From positions 1 to 33,854 of the forward strand of contig JBHLOI010000040.1 in assembly GCA_048940645.1 (NCBI GenBank): a stretch of 33,854 bases of DNA, in the 5' to 3' direction. The notes below the pieces were generated by a model that saw nothing but the letters and a program-made list of their open reading frames with translations, was not told the DNA's origin and searched no databases. The stretch comes from Promethearchaeota archaeon. Lineage in GTDB: Archaea; Asgardarchaeota; Lokiarchaeia; Sigyniarchaeales; SOKP01. Numbering within the stretch: position 1 is the stretch's first letter; each line of letters opens with the position of its first letter. Both the position numbers and the translations under genes were made by a program. Below are positions 19,298 to 28,557 of this stretch, in pieces.

Positions 19298-19444
19298 ATG
19301 TCAGAATGGAAATATAGAATAGAAGAATCGGAATCAGATAATAACTACTGTTCAGGATGAGGAATTATTGATTCCATCATTGCTAGTTTCAGAAATATTA
19401 ATAAAAAACGAAAAAAAAAGAAGAATAAAAATCTCAAAGATTAA
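19298..19444 (+). CDS. Candidate 48-aa selenoprotein with CxxU motif
   Basis: MSEWKYRIEESESDNNYCSG-U(TGA 19358-19360)-GIIDSIIASFRNINKKRKKKKNKNLKD-TAA. It fills an otherwise empty intergenic gap. Confidence 0.45.
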
Positions 19445-19535
19445 GTTAAGAAATGTTAGGATTTAATCTTATAAGTTTTGTGAGGACTTGAGATAATAAT
19501 AATATTGATTTTTTTATTTTTAGACAACTGTAACC

Positions 19536-20903
19536 TTAAAATGGATTATTTGCTCCTTCCCCAACCTTTCGATATACAAATCCCTTACTCTCGAGTATTT
19601 CCCTATTAAAGATATTTCTACCATCGATAATTATAGGAGTTCTTATTCTTTTCCTTAAATCATCCAAATCTATATTATAATATTGCTTATGCTTGGTTGT
19701 AAACATTAAAACATCGGCTTCTGATACTGCTTCGTTAAAATTAGTGGTGAAATCTGTTAAACTATAATCTTTTAATTTAACATAGGGATCATGTGCCATA
19801 TAAACGATATTATGGGAGTGATATTTACTCGTCAAATTTTTGACTATATGTTCTGCTGGTGTATTCCGAGTATCATCTGTATTTGCCTTATATGAGACTC
19901 CTAAAAGAACAACTTTTATATTATCGACTACTTTTCCTATTTCTTCAAGAGCATCCTCCATTAATTCTACCATATGTTTAGGCATATAATCATTTAGATT
20001 CCTGGAATCATGGATAATTTTTATTTTCGATTTATTTTTGCCTTGAGAATATTTATCATATCCATGCAATAATAACCATGGATCTTTCGTTAAACAGTAT
20101 CCTCCTACTCCAGATCCAGGATAATGCATCATTCTATCTTCTCGTTGATTTATTAATTTAATAATTTCAAAGATATTTCTATTAAAATCTTCGCATAATA
20201 ATGCCATTTCATTAGCAAAGGCTATATTCACATCTCTATACGCATTTTCTATGCATTTAGTTAATTCCGCTGTAAGCGTATCGGTTAAATTTAGATCCTT
20301 TTTAACAACTTTTTCATATAAGAATCGTGCTCTTTCAAGTGCTTTCTTACAATCCCCGCCAATCACACGAGGAACATCAGTAATAAATTCTAATAATTTG
20401 CCAGGCATAACACGTTCAAAAGAAAAAATTAAATAAAAATCTTCACCCCTTTTTAATCCACTTCCTTCCTCTAATATAGGCTGCACAATATTATTGGTTG
20501 TTCCAGGAGCAACAGTTGATTCAATAATTATCGTTACTCCTTTTTTCATATGTTTGGATAGTTTCTCAGAGACTTCTATAAGTGATTCATATCTGGGGAT
20601 TTTATCTTCAATCTCAACAGGTGTTTGTACGTCAATTAAAATAAAATCGGCATTATTGCATGCATCATAATTGTCGGAAACATAGAATTTTTTATTCATT
20701 ACGACTCTAGAAATTAATTCACCTAATCCAGGTTCTTCCCCTTCAAACGGATTCTTTCCGCTATTAAGCCAATCAATTTTCCACCCTGATCTTTGAGAAT
20801 TCCGCTGAATTCCTGTAACAAAAAAATCATCAACATCTGCTAGCATTGTGGCCATGGGAATTCCAACATAACCCATTCCAATAATAACAATATTTGTTGG
20901 CAT
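19536..20903 (-). CDS. Nucleotide-sugar dehydrogenase (UDP-ManNAc/UDP-GlcNAc 6-dehydrogenase, WecC-like)
   Basis: GMGYVG, VQTP, IESTVAPGTT, ERVMPG, KCIENAYRDVNIAFANE, GVGGYCLTKDP, YKANTDDTRN and IIDGRN motifs. Confidence 0.9.
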   Translation of the reverse strand: MPTNIVIIGMGYVGIPMATMLADVDDFFVTGIQRNSQRSGWKIDWLNSGKNPFEGEEPGLGELISRVVMNKKFYVSDNYDACNNADFILIDVQTPVEIEDKIPRYESLIEVSEKLSKHMKKGVTIIIESTVAPGTTNNIVQPILEEGSGLKRGEDFYLIFSFERVMPGKLLEFITDVPRVIGGDCKKALERARFLYEKVVKKDLNLTDTLTAELTKCIENAYRDVNIAFANEMALLCEDFNRNIFEIIKLINQREDRMMHYPGSGVGGYCLTKDPWLLLHGYDKYSQGKNKSKIKIIHDSRNLNDYMPKHMVELMEDALEEIGKVVDNIKVVLLGVSYKANTDDTRNTPAEHIVKNLTSKYHSHNIVYMAHDPYVKLKDYSLTDFTTNFNEAVSEADVLMFTTKHKQYYNIDLDDLRKRIRTPIIIDGRNIFNREILESKGFVYRKVGEGANNPF

Positions 20904-21005
20904 TCTGATTCAAGTATTAGTATTTAAACTATTAAGGCTTTAAATAACTCATAATTGAAAAAACTTTATAAAAAATAGTAAGAAAAGAAAATAGATTAAA
21001 ATAAA

Positions 21006-21692
21006 TTAGGTTTTTGGTTTCTTCTCATAGGACGTGCCTTTCACTGCTTTAAATATCCCCGCGGCTATTGCTCCAACTATGAAACCTCCCGCATGAGCCC
21101 AGTGTGCTGTAGACGACCCAAATGGATTATAGAATGAATAAATAGCATAACTCAATTCTGCAATAAAATAGGTGATTATGAAATAGCCTGCATTTACTTT
21201 TCGCATGGATGTACCTGATACAGATGGAAGAAAAAATTTATTTTTTGGGTAAAGCACTAAATAAACTCCCATGAGTCCAAATATTGCTCCAGATGCACCT
21301 AATGAAGGTATACTTGCTAAAATTGGTCCCCAGACAGGAATAATTATCGCAGTTAAAGCATGAAGTAAACTGCCGCAGATCCCTGAAACTAAATAAGTAA
21401 TAAGGTAATAAGCATGACCCAACGCATGTTCGCAGTTGTCAGTAATTACAGTGAAAAACCACATATTCATAATGATATGTACATAATCTCCATGCATAAA
21501 CATCGAACTAATTAAAGTCCACAAATTTCGGCCTGCAAAGAAATCTGCTGGCACAAAAGCTGCTTCAATATGCATTTGCATAGCAGGATCCAATAATTGC
21601 CAAATAAAAACAGCTATATTCGCCACCAAAATTGCTACTGAAAAATATTGTTTAAAAAAAGGAATTTTATCACTTTCTGCTTCTAAAACCAA
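21006..21692 (-). CDS. Rhomboid family intramembrane serine protease
   Basis: SMFMH...HIIMNM, catalytic GASG and AHWAHAGG. Confidence 0.93.
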   Translation of the reverse strand: MVLEAESDKIPFFKQYFSVAILVANIAVFIWQLLDPAMQMHIEAAFVPADFFAGRNLWTLISSMFMHGDYVHIIMNMWFFTVITDNCEHALGHAYYLITYLVSGICGSLLHALTAIIIPVWGPILASIPSLGASGAIFGLMGVYLVLYPKNKFFLPSVSGTSMRKVNAGYFIITYFIAELSYAIYSFYNPFGSSTAHWAHAGGFIVGAIAAGIFKAVKGTSYEKKPKT

Positions 21693-21803
21693 TTAAAATC
21701 ACTTTTTTTTTGATTAGAATGTTTAATAATTATTTTTAGATTCTTCAAAATATTTAAAAATTATTATAATAGATGATAATGAATAAAAAAAGTAAAGATT
21801 AAA

Positions 21804-22637
21804 TTAATAAATCTTTGGTGCTTCAGAAGGATTTCCTAACATCTCATTTATGAAGCCTAAAAAGTTATCAAAGTGTCCCGGTAAGATTTTTTGTATGTAG
21901 AATGCTTCAGCTGCTTTAATATTAACTTTTTTTCCGATTGTAGATGCAATTGATTTTAATAATCGATTTGCATATTTTGACAATTTTTTTAAATCATCTG
22001 GCGAAACATTTGCAGGATCTATATCTGGCGCAAAAAGTCGAGCTAAAAGTGTTAAAGTAGCTTCGAATTTCAGTGCTGCTTCGACTTTTTTTTCAATGGT
22101 GGAAGAGATATCGACAAATATATTAGGATAATGTCCCAATAATCCCATAAACCATACTTCAGAACAATAATATGGCTTTATATCCCCCTTTATTTGATTA
22201 GAGTATAGTAATGGAAATGCAGCAAAAGTACCTGCTTCTGATGCCATTCTTCCAACAATTACATGATCGGGATGCACTTCGTAGGGAACCCACGGATCAA
22301 AAGTTATTACTCGATCAGCATGTAGCTTTCTAATGAAGAAGATAAGTTTTTCTCTTAACTCTCGCCCGGGGATGAATCCTCCGTCCGGATAGTCTAACAA
22401 TATCGTTTCCTTAATCCCAAGTATCTCATTTGCTTCTTTTAATTCTTTTTTTCGCATTTTCGCAACGTCTTCTTTAGTTAAATCAGTTCTCAGAGTTCCA
22501 AGGTTTCCGTTTGTACAACATAAGGCATAAATATCATGCCCTTCTTTCGCCCATTTAGCTAAAGTTCCTCCACAGATGATAGAAATATCATCTGGATGGC
22601 TGAATATAGCTAAAACATTTAATTTTTCAGAAGTCAA
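21804..22637 (-). CDS. PIG-L/LmbE family deacetylase
   Basis: HPDD, GGTLAK, R..E, YPDG, HPDH and VDIS..IEKK motifs. Confidence 0.9.
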   Translation of the reverse strand: MTSEKLNVLAIFSHPDDISIICGGTLAKWAKEGHDIYALCCTNGNLGTLRTDLTKEDVAKMRKKELKEANEILGIKETILLDYPDGGFIPGRELREKLIFFIRKLHADRVITFDPWVPYEVHPDHVIVGRMASEAGTFAAFPLLYSNQIKGDIKPYYCSEVWFMGLLGHYPNIFVDISSTIEKKVEAALKFEATLTLLARLFAPDIDPANVSPDDLKKLSKYANRLLKSIASTIGKKVNIKAAEAFYIQKILPGHFDNFLGFINEMLGNPSEAPKIY

Positions 22638-22756
22638 TTCAATTACCTTTTTTTAATTAACAAATTATATAAAACTTATTTATAAAACAAATTCAGTAAT
22701 ATTATTTAAAAATTTAAACCTTAATGCAATAAAAAATAAAATTTTGATGAATAATT

Positions 22757-23950
22757 ATGAAAATTGGACGGTTGAGTCTAAATAACATTGCAAAAATAAG
22801 ACCTGATTCAGTAAAAAGAAAAAGGATTTCTAGTTATGACAAAACTGGAGGAAATTTTGATTATCTTAAGATAGAACCCGGTGAAAAGGTAATCATTGCT
22901 GAAGATAAGGGTACTGGGAGTATTAAGCATATTTGGTGCACCTCCTGGTGTAGAGCAAAACATTACTTAAGAAATATAATTATTAGAATGTATTGGGACG
23001 GCGAACAGGAGAACACTCCTAGCGTAGAGGTTCCATTAGGCGATTTTTTTGGATTAGGTCATGCTAAGCATAAAAATTTTGTATCTTTACCTTTACAAAT
23101 GAGTCCTAGATCAGGTAGGGGGTTTAATTGCTGGTGGCCAATGCCCTTCTCATCGGGATTCAGAATTACTATTGAAAATGACAGTTCGAAAAAATTGACA
23201 TTGTATTATTATATTGATTATGAAATTTATGAAGATGGTTTTGAAAATGAAAACGATTTTGGGAGATTTCACGCTCAATGGCACCGAGAAAATCCTCCAG
23301 AAACAAAAAAATTGGATGTTGTAACGGGAAAAAAGTATAAAAGATCAAAGCCAAAAAGTTTCATGTTTCTTGGAAATAATACAGAGCCATTAAAATTTAA
23401 CTTTAAAATCCTTAGGGCAAAAGGTATCGGTCACTTCGTCGGTTGTCATTTAGACATTGATAACATTACATTTATGCCATGGTTCTTAAATTGGCCAGGA
23501 GAAGGAGATGACCAAATTTTCATAGATGACGATGTGGACAAAGGAATTCCAACTCTACATGGAACTGGAACCGAAGATTATGTAAATCAATCATGGTCAC
23601 AACAAAAGAAATATTCTGCACCATACCATGGTACTATTTTAGGTGGGGGTCTTAATTGGTGGGGTAAAATTTCTTATTATCGTTATCATATTGAAGATCC
23701 AGTCTATTTTAATAAAAAAATTGTTGTCTCAATAGAGCATGGGCATGATAACCACAGGAAGGATGATTGGTCTTCCACAGCATATTGGTACCAAATAGAG
23801 CCACACGACTCCAGCTTATTTCCGAAGTTATTAGATCGGGAAGGAAGAAAGCCAAGATCTCACATTGGTCATGCTATTAGAAAATCATTCTGTATATTGG
23901 TGCTAATTTCAATTGTATTCTTATGGATATACTTTGCTTATCTAATCTAA
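22757..23950 (+). CDS. DUF2961 (GH172) glycoside hydrolase-like protein with C-terminal TM anchor
   Basis: SSYDKTGGN, IKHIW, YWDG, PSVEVPLGDFFG, WPMPF, GEGD, GTGTEDY, YRYHIEDP and SSTAYWYQ motifs, plus a hydrophobic tail. Confidence 0.88.
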   Translation: MKIGRLSLNNIAKIRPDSVKRKRISSYDKTGGNFDYLKIEPGEKVIIAEDKGTGSIKHIWCTSWCRAKHYLRNIIIRMYWDGEQENTPSVEVPLGDFFGLGHAKHKNFVSLPLQMSPRSGRGFNCWWPMPFSSGFRITIENDSSKKLTLYYYIDYEIYEDGFENENDFGRFHAQWHRENPPETKKLDVVTGKKYKRSKPKSFMFLGNNTEPLKFNFKILRAKGIGHFVGCHLDIDNITFMPWFLNWPGEGDDQIFIDDDVDKGIPTLHGTGTEDYVNQSWSQQKKYSAPYHGTILGGGLNWWGKISYYRYHIEDPVYFNKKIVVSIEHGHDNHRKDDWSSTAYWYQIEPHDSSLFPKLLDREGRKPRSHIGHAIRKSFCILVLISIVFLWIYFAYLI

Positions 23951-24011
23951 AATATCAATTAATTTATGGTAGATAAACGAAAGAAAATAATAAGAAAGAA
24001 AAGGATTGAAA

Positions 24012-24404
24012 TTAAAGTATACCCTTTTCTTTTAAAAGTTTTTTAACATATTTTAATAAATCATTTCCAGAAAAAGGTTTAGTGATATACCCATCTGCCC
24101 CTAAAGCTTTTCCTTTTTGAATATCTTCGTTAAAACTCTTAACAGTGAAAAGGACAATAAGAATATCCTTAAAAAGATCATTGCTTTTCAAGCTTTGGAG
24201 TACTTCCCAACCCGAAAGTCCAGGCATCATGACGTCAAGCAAAATTAACACAATGCCGGGATATTTCTCCTCTACAATCTTTAAAGCCTCTTTTCCATTA
24301 TTACAAGTAATAGTATCATAATTTTCTAGCTCCAAAAATTTTTGGGTAAGATTTACAATATCAGGCTCATCATCTACGACGAGTATTGTTTTTTTCTCAG
24401 CCAT
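24012..24404 (-). CDS. Stand-alone response regulator (REC)
   Basis: ILVVDDE, ILLDVMMP and GADGYITKPF. Confidence 0.93.
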   Translation of the reverse strand: MAEKKTILVVDDEPDIVNLTQKFLELENYDTITCNNGKEALKIVEEKYPGIVLILLDVMMPGLSGWEVLQSLKSNDLFKDILIVLFTVKSFNEDIQKGKALGADGYITKPFSGNDLLKYVKKLLKEKGIL

Positions 24405-24533
24405 TTTACTCCCGATCTTAAAGGTTAAATTACATTTTGTCTTAATTTATTTGGTATCATTACAATTTTTAACTAATATATATTCATTTTTGTATTTAAA
24501 TAGTTTATCTGATTTTCATAAATTTGATCCTAT

Positions 24534-25196
24534 ATGACGCGAAAAAACAAACTACCAGAATTTCCAAATTCGTATTTAGGTGAAAAATCCTATGAATATG
24601 AAAATTCAAAATGGATGGAAAGAAATCAAAAAAAAACTACATTGTTATGTTTAGAATATTTATTTAATGAAAAATTGGATAATTTAGGAAAAAAAGACGT
24701 TTTAGACAAAAAACCTTATTTAGTCCTTGATTTAGGGTGTGGAACTGGCTTTTCTTCCGAAATATTAATAACTTCGGGATTAAAAGTTATTGGTGTAGAT
24801 ATTTTATTTGATATGCTTATAAAAGCTAAATCCAAAATACCTCATCTTGAAAAGGGCTCGAATTTATACCTTATTCTTGCAGATATGAACTATTTGCCGG
24901 TAAGATCTAATTCAATTAATCATATAATTTCTATTTCAGCCTATAATTTCATATTGCATGGAAAAAAAGATTCTAAAGATAGAATCAAAACTGTGAATAA
25001 TACAGCTAAATCATTAAAAAGAATATTAAAGTCAAATGGAAGGATAATCATTGAATTCTACCCAAGAAATGAGGAAGAATTAAATCTTTTCAGGTCTTCA
25101 TTTACGAATAATGGCTTTAATGGCTTTATGATTAAGCAAAATCCAAAACAAAAGAAGGGTCAAACTTATCTATTATTAAAAAGAATGGTGATATAG
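24534..25196 (+). CDS. Class I SAM methyltransferase, Bud23/WBSCR22-like
   Basis: VLDLGCGTGFSSEIL motif I, plus ISISA, EFYPRN and GFNG...P..KK...YL.L matching Bud23 as I recall it. Confidence 0.75.
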   Translation: MTRKNKLPEFPNSYLGEKSYEYENSKWMERNQKKTTLLCLEYLFNEKLDNLGKKDVLDKKPYLVLDLGCGTGFSSEILITSGLKVIGVDILFDMLIKAKSKIPHLEKGSNLYLILADMNYLPVRSNSINHIISISAYNFILHGKKDSKDRIKTVNNTAKSLKRILKSNGRIIIEFYPRNEEELNLFRSSFTNNGFNGFMIKQNPKQKKGQTYLLLKRMVI

Positions 25197-25197
25197 C

Positions 25198-26331
25198 ATA
25201 GGAGAATGCAAATTCTGTGGAAAGAAAGATAAGTTAATCTCAGAAATTCTTCAAGTGTGTAGGAATTGTATTTTAAATAAAGACTGGGAGAAGATTAAAT
25301 CCCATATCTTTTCAGTTCATAGTCAAGTGAGAAAACTCGTTAGTTTGCCCTCAAAGCCTCCTAAAGCAGAGGGGCCAGATATTCAATTGAAATGTAATTA
25401 TTGTATTAACGAATGCAGTTTATCTAAAGATGATACAAGCTATTGCGGGTTAAGAAATATTTCAAAGAAAGAAATAAGCGAATTACCATTTCCTTCTAGA
25501 TCCAAAGGATATATCCACGGATACATTGACGCGAATCCAACAAATTGCTGTAATGCATGGTTTTGCCCGGCAGGTACTTCACGGGGATATCCGGATTATT
25601 CTGATTATAATGAGCCGGAATTTGGTACGTATTCTTACGCAGCATTTTTTTATGGATGCACTTTTGATTGTTTATTCTGTCAGAATTGGTCCCATAAAAA
25701 TTTCTCTAAGAGAAATCTGTTTGATGTTGATACAATAGCAAATCAAATATTTAAAAATAAAAAAATTACTTGTTTATGTTACTTTGGAGGCACACCCGAA
25801 GCTCAATTGCCTTTTTCAATTAATCTAGCTAATAAAATTCTGGAAAAATTAGAATCAAAAAGAAAATTCAGAGTTTGCTGGGAATGGAATGGAAGTGGTA
25901 ATAGGGACTTAATTGATAAATGTATGAAGATTGCTCTAAGATCTGGAGGTAATATTAAATTTGATCTAAAGTCATTTCATGAAAAAATGAATTTAGCTTT
26001 ATGTGGAGTAAGCAATAAAAGAACCCTTGAGAATTTTAGATATTTAGCAGAAAACTATTTTGGTACTCGCGGAGATGATATGCCAGAAATGAGTGCGTGT
26101 ACCTTAATGGTTCCTGGTTATACAAATCATGAAGAGGTTGAGCAAATTGCCAAATTTGTTAGTGAAATCAATAAAAAAATACCCTATAGTTTATTAATAT
26201 TTCATGGGGATTATCAAATGCGAGATTTATCGATAACTCCAAGAGATCAAGCACTGAAGAGCTTGAAAGTCGCTCAAAAATATTTAGATAATGTAAATTT
26301 AGGTAATAAATTTCTGTTAGGGTTTACTTAA
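25198..26331 (+). CDS. Radical SAM protein (PFL-activating-enzyme-like) with N-terminal Cys-rich region; probable ATA start
   Basis: CTFDCLFCQN motif, FGGTPE, KFDLK and TLMVPGY. The frame extends upstream of 25255 through GECKFCG to ATA at 25198. Confidence 0.85.
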   Translation: MGECKFCGKKDKLISEILQVCRNCILNKDWEKIKSHIFSVHSQVRKLVSLPSKPPKAEGPDIQLKCNYCINECSLSKDDTSYCGLRNISKKEISELPFPSRSKGYIHGYIDANPTNCCNAWFCPAGTSRGYPDYSDYNEPEFGTYSYAAFFYGCTFDCLFCQNWSHKNFSKRNLFDVDTIANQIFKNKKITCLCYFGGTPEAQLPFSINLANKILEKLESKRKFRVCWEWNGSGNRDLIDKCMKIALRSGGNIKFDLKSFHEKMNLALCGVSNKRTLENFRYLAENYFGTRGDDMPEMSACTLMVPGYTNHEEVEQIAKFVSEINKKIPYSLLIFHGDYQMRDLSITPRDQALKSLKVAQKYLDNVNLGNKFLLGFT

Positions 26332-26452
26332 TTTTTAATGAAATTATTTTTAAGTTTTATATAATAAAATATTTATTTTACAAACAATTATCGTTCATAC
26401 GATTACTAATTAGAATTAGAATGATCATTAAACTCAAGGAGAACTTGGTAAA

Positions 26453-26758
26453 GTGCAGAAAGCTAGGATTCGCTTAAGTTCCACTACACTAGAATCACTA
26501 AATTCAGTATGTGAACAGATTGAGAGTGTATGTAAAAGCCAAGGAATAAAAAAGCATGGCCCAATCCCATTACCTACTAAACACTTGAAGGTTCCAGTTA
26601 TGAAAAATGTTTCAGGGCAAGGTACGCTTCATTGGGCCAAATATGAGATGCGAATTCATAAAAGATTATTTGAAATTATTGCTAATGAACGGAGTATGCA
26701 TTTAATTATGAAAATACAAATCCCCGAATCAGTTTTAGTTGAAATAGAACTGATGTGA
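26453..26758 (+). CDS. rps10p: 30S ribosomal protein uS10 (archaeal S10P), GTG start
   Basis: KARIRLSS, GPIPLPTK, YEMRIHKRL and IPESV.VEI motifs. Confidence 0.93.
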   Translation: MQKARIRLSSTTLESLNSVCEQIESVCKSQGIKKHGPIPLPTKHLKVPVMKNVSGQGTLHWAKYEMRIHKRLFEIIANERSMHLIMKIQIPESVLVEIELM

Positions 26759-26887
26759 ATCTCTTTTTCTATTTTTTCTATTCTGGATTTGTAGTTTAAA
26801 TTTATCTTCTTAAATTTTAAACCGTTAGCGATACAGGCAACCTGTCGAATATTATTTAAGTTTCCAAACTTAATTGAATTATAGTTT

Positions 26888-27742
26888 ATGGAAGATAGAA
26901 GTTTATTAGAGATTAAGGATATTGGAAATAAGAATTTAGTACTATTTTTTCTGATAACATATTTATTTTCCTGGTTGCTATGGTTACCTAGCTTATTATC
27001 TTCCGTATTATTTTCTACGCAAGTAGTTCTATATGAAATTTTAAAAATTATCGGTCCATTTGGGCCGTTTGTAGCAGCATTTATTCTTACTTTGGTTAAT
27101 GAGGGTAAGGAAGGATTGAAACAATTGTGGAAAAGAGGGTGGCATTGTGAAAATAAGCCATTTCTTGTAATTTCCATATTCTTTATCCCAGTATTGTATT
27201 TTTCCTCTTTGCTTTTAGTGATTTTAATTGAAGGAATTATTCCAGTATATTGGCCTAATCCAATTGAAATTATTACGCATTATGTTTTAGTCTTTTTCCT
27301 TGCTGGACCATTTCAAGAAGAATTTGGATGGAGAGGGTATGCTCTTGATCGTTTACAGTTAAGATTCAATGCCCTCACTTCTAGCATTATACTTGGAATG
27401 ATTTGGGGCGTATGGCATTTACCTTCATTTTTTATAATCGGTACAAACCAAGAAAATCAACCTTTTTACCCTTTCTTTTTTAGTATAATCATTTTATCTG
27501 TATTATTCACTTGGATATATAATAATTCTAATAGAAGTATTTTGGCAACAATGATCTTTCACACAACTATAAATGGTTCTAACTACATATTTCGCTTAGA
27601 AGAAACATCTTTAGGCTTCTGGTTTTATAGAGTGTTATTGAACCTCGCTGTGGTCTATGTTATATTAAAGTTTGGTCCAAAAGATTTAACATACTCTCCT
27701 AGAAAAAAGAAAAAATCTTTCATTCCTAAGGATTTGATTTAA
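26888..27742 (+). CDS. CPBP/CAAX (Abi) family intramembrane protease
   Basis: QEEFGWRGY, WGVWHLP and FHTTIN motifs in a multi-TM protein. Confidence 0.92.
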   Translation: MEDRSLLEIKDIGNKNLVLFFLITYLFSWLLWLPSLLSSVLFSTQVVLYEILKIIGPFGPFVAAFILTLVNEGKEGLKQLWKRGWHCENKPFLVISIFFIPVLYFSSLLLVILIEGIIPVYWPNPIEIITHYVLVFFLAGPFQEEFGWRGYALDRLQLRFNALTSSIILGMIWGVWHLPSFFIIGTNQENQPFYPFFFSIIILSVLFTWIYNNSNRSILATMIFHTTINGSNYIFRLEETSLGFWFYRVLLNLAVVYVILKFGPKDLTYSPRKKKKSFIPKDLI

Positions 27743-27828
27743 CTAACTATATTTAAATCATTTAATTATTATAACTTAAATAAGTATTTTAGTATTAATT
27801 TGTGAATTTATTCTCAAAATGGATTATA

Positions 27829-28551
27829 ATGGCAGACTTTCATACTAAGACTTTTTACGGTCAAAAATCGAGTATAATTATAACAAGTCCAGCTAAAATG
27901 GTTCCTTATATCTTTATAAGCTGTATAAATAGAAAAGATGATGGGACTTGGGAAAATCCGCGTAGAAGCGAAGGTAAAACTGTAAAGATTTCAATTGAAG
28001 AGATTATTTGCTTTTTGGAAGTTCTCAGAAGAAAGAGTGCAAATTGGAGGGGATACCATGTATTTAAAGAACGAAAAACAGAAATTTATGTAGGATGGGA
28101 AGATGAATCCCGTCAAGTTCTTAAAATTAAGATTGGTAATTATACAAAAAAACTACGATTTCCAAATATAAATTTCATGACTTTATTATTAGAACATTTA
28201 TTACTAGAAAAAATTGAGTTCGCTACAAGCGGTACGTTTGAATCTAAAGAGAAAGAAGAAAAAATTGATGAGGAAACAGAATATAGTTTATTTTCAGAAC
28301 ATATTACCGCTAGAGATGGTTTACAAGTTGTTGAAACCACTGAATATGGGGCCTCTGTTGATACAGTGGAAGTAAAAGCAAAAGTGAAAGTAGAAAGTCC
28401 AAAAGCTCTCCTAATTATACTGGATAGTGGAGAAGAATTTTGGATTCCTAAATCAACCATTCACTCTTTATATGTTTTAGATAAAAAGGACAAATTTCAA
28501 GAATTTGTAGTAGATAAGTGGATTATCGAAAAAAACAAAATCATTAGATAG
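27829..28551 (+). CDS. Hypothetical two-domain protein (possible Whirly/PC4-like N-domain, small beta C-domain)
   Basis: Long ORF. ATG at 27829 is preferred over GTG at 27802. An acidic linker separates the domains, and the C-domain contains ESPKALL...FWIPKS. Confidence 0.6.
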   Translation: MADFHTKTFYGQKSSIIITSPAKMVPYIFISCINRKDDGTWENPRRSEGKTVKISIEEIICFLEVLRRKSANWRGYHVFKERKTEIYVGWEDESRQVLKIKIGNYTKKLRFPNINFMTLLLEHLLLEKIEFATSGTFESKEKEEKIDEETEYSLFSEHITARDGLQVVETTEYGASVDTVEVKAKVKVESPKALLIILDSGEEFWIPKSTIHSLYVLDKKDKFQEFVVDKWIIEKNKIIR

Positions 28552-28557
28552 GTTTTT

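Noticed and set aside
17696-23354. ORFs 17696..18094, 18938..19207, 20251..20436 and 23169..23354
   Set aside because: They overlap better-supported genes on the opposite strand.
25177-25197. Sec readthrough of TGA 25189 into the radical SAM gene
   Set aside because: An in-frame TAA lies at 25177 with no start codon between, and the TGA is not in a Cys context.
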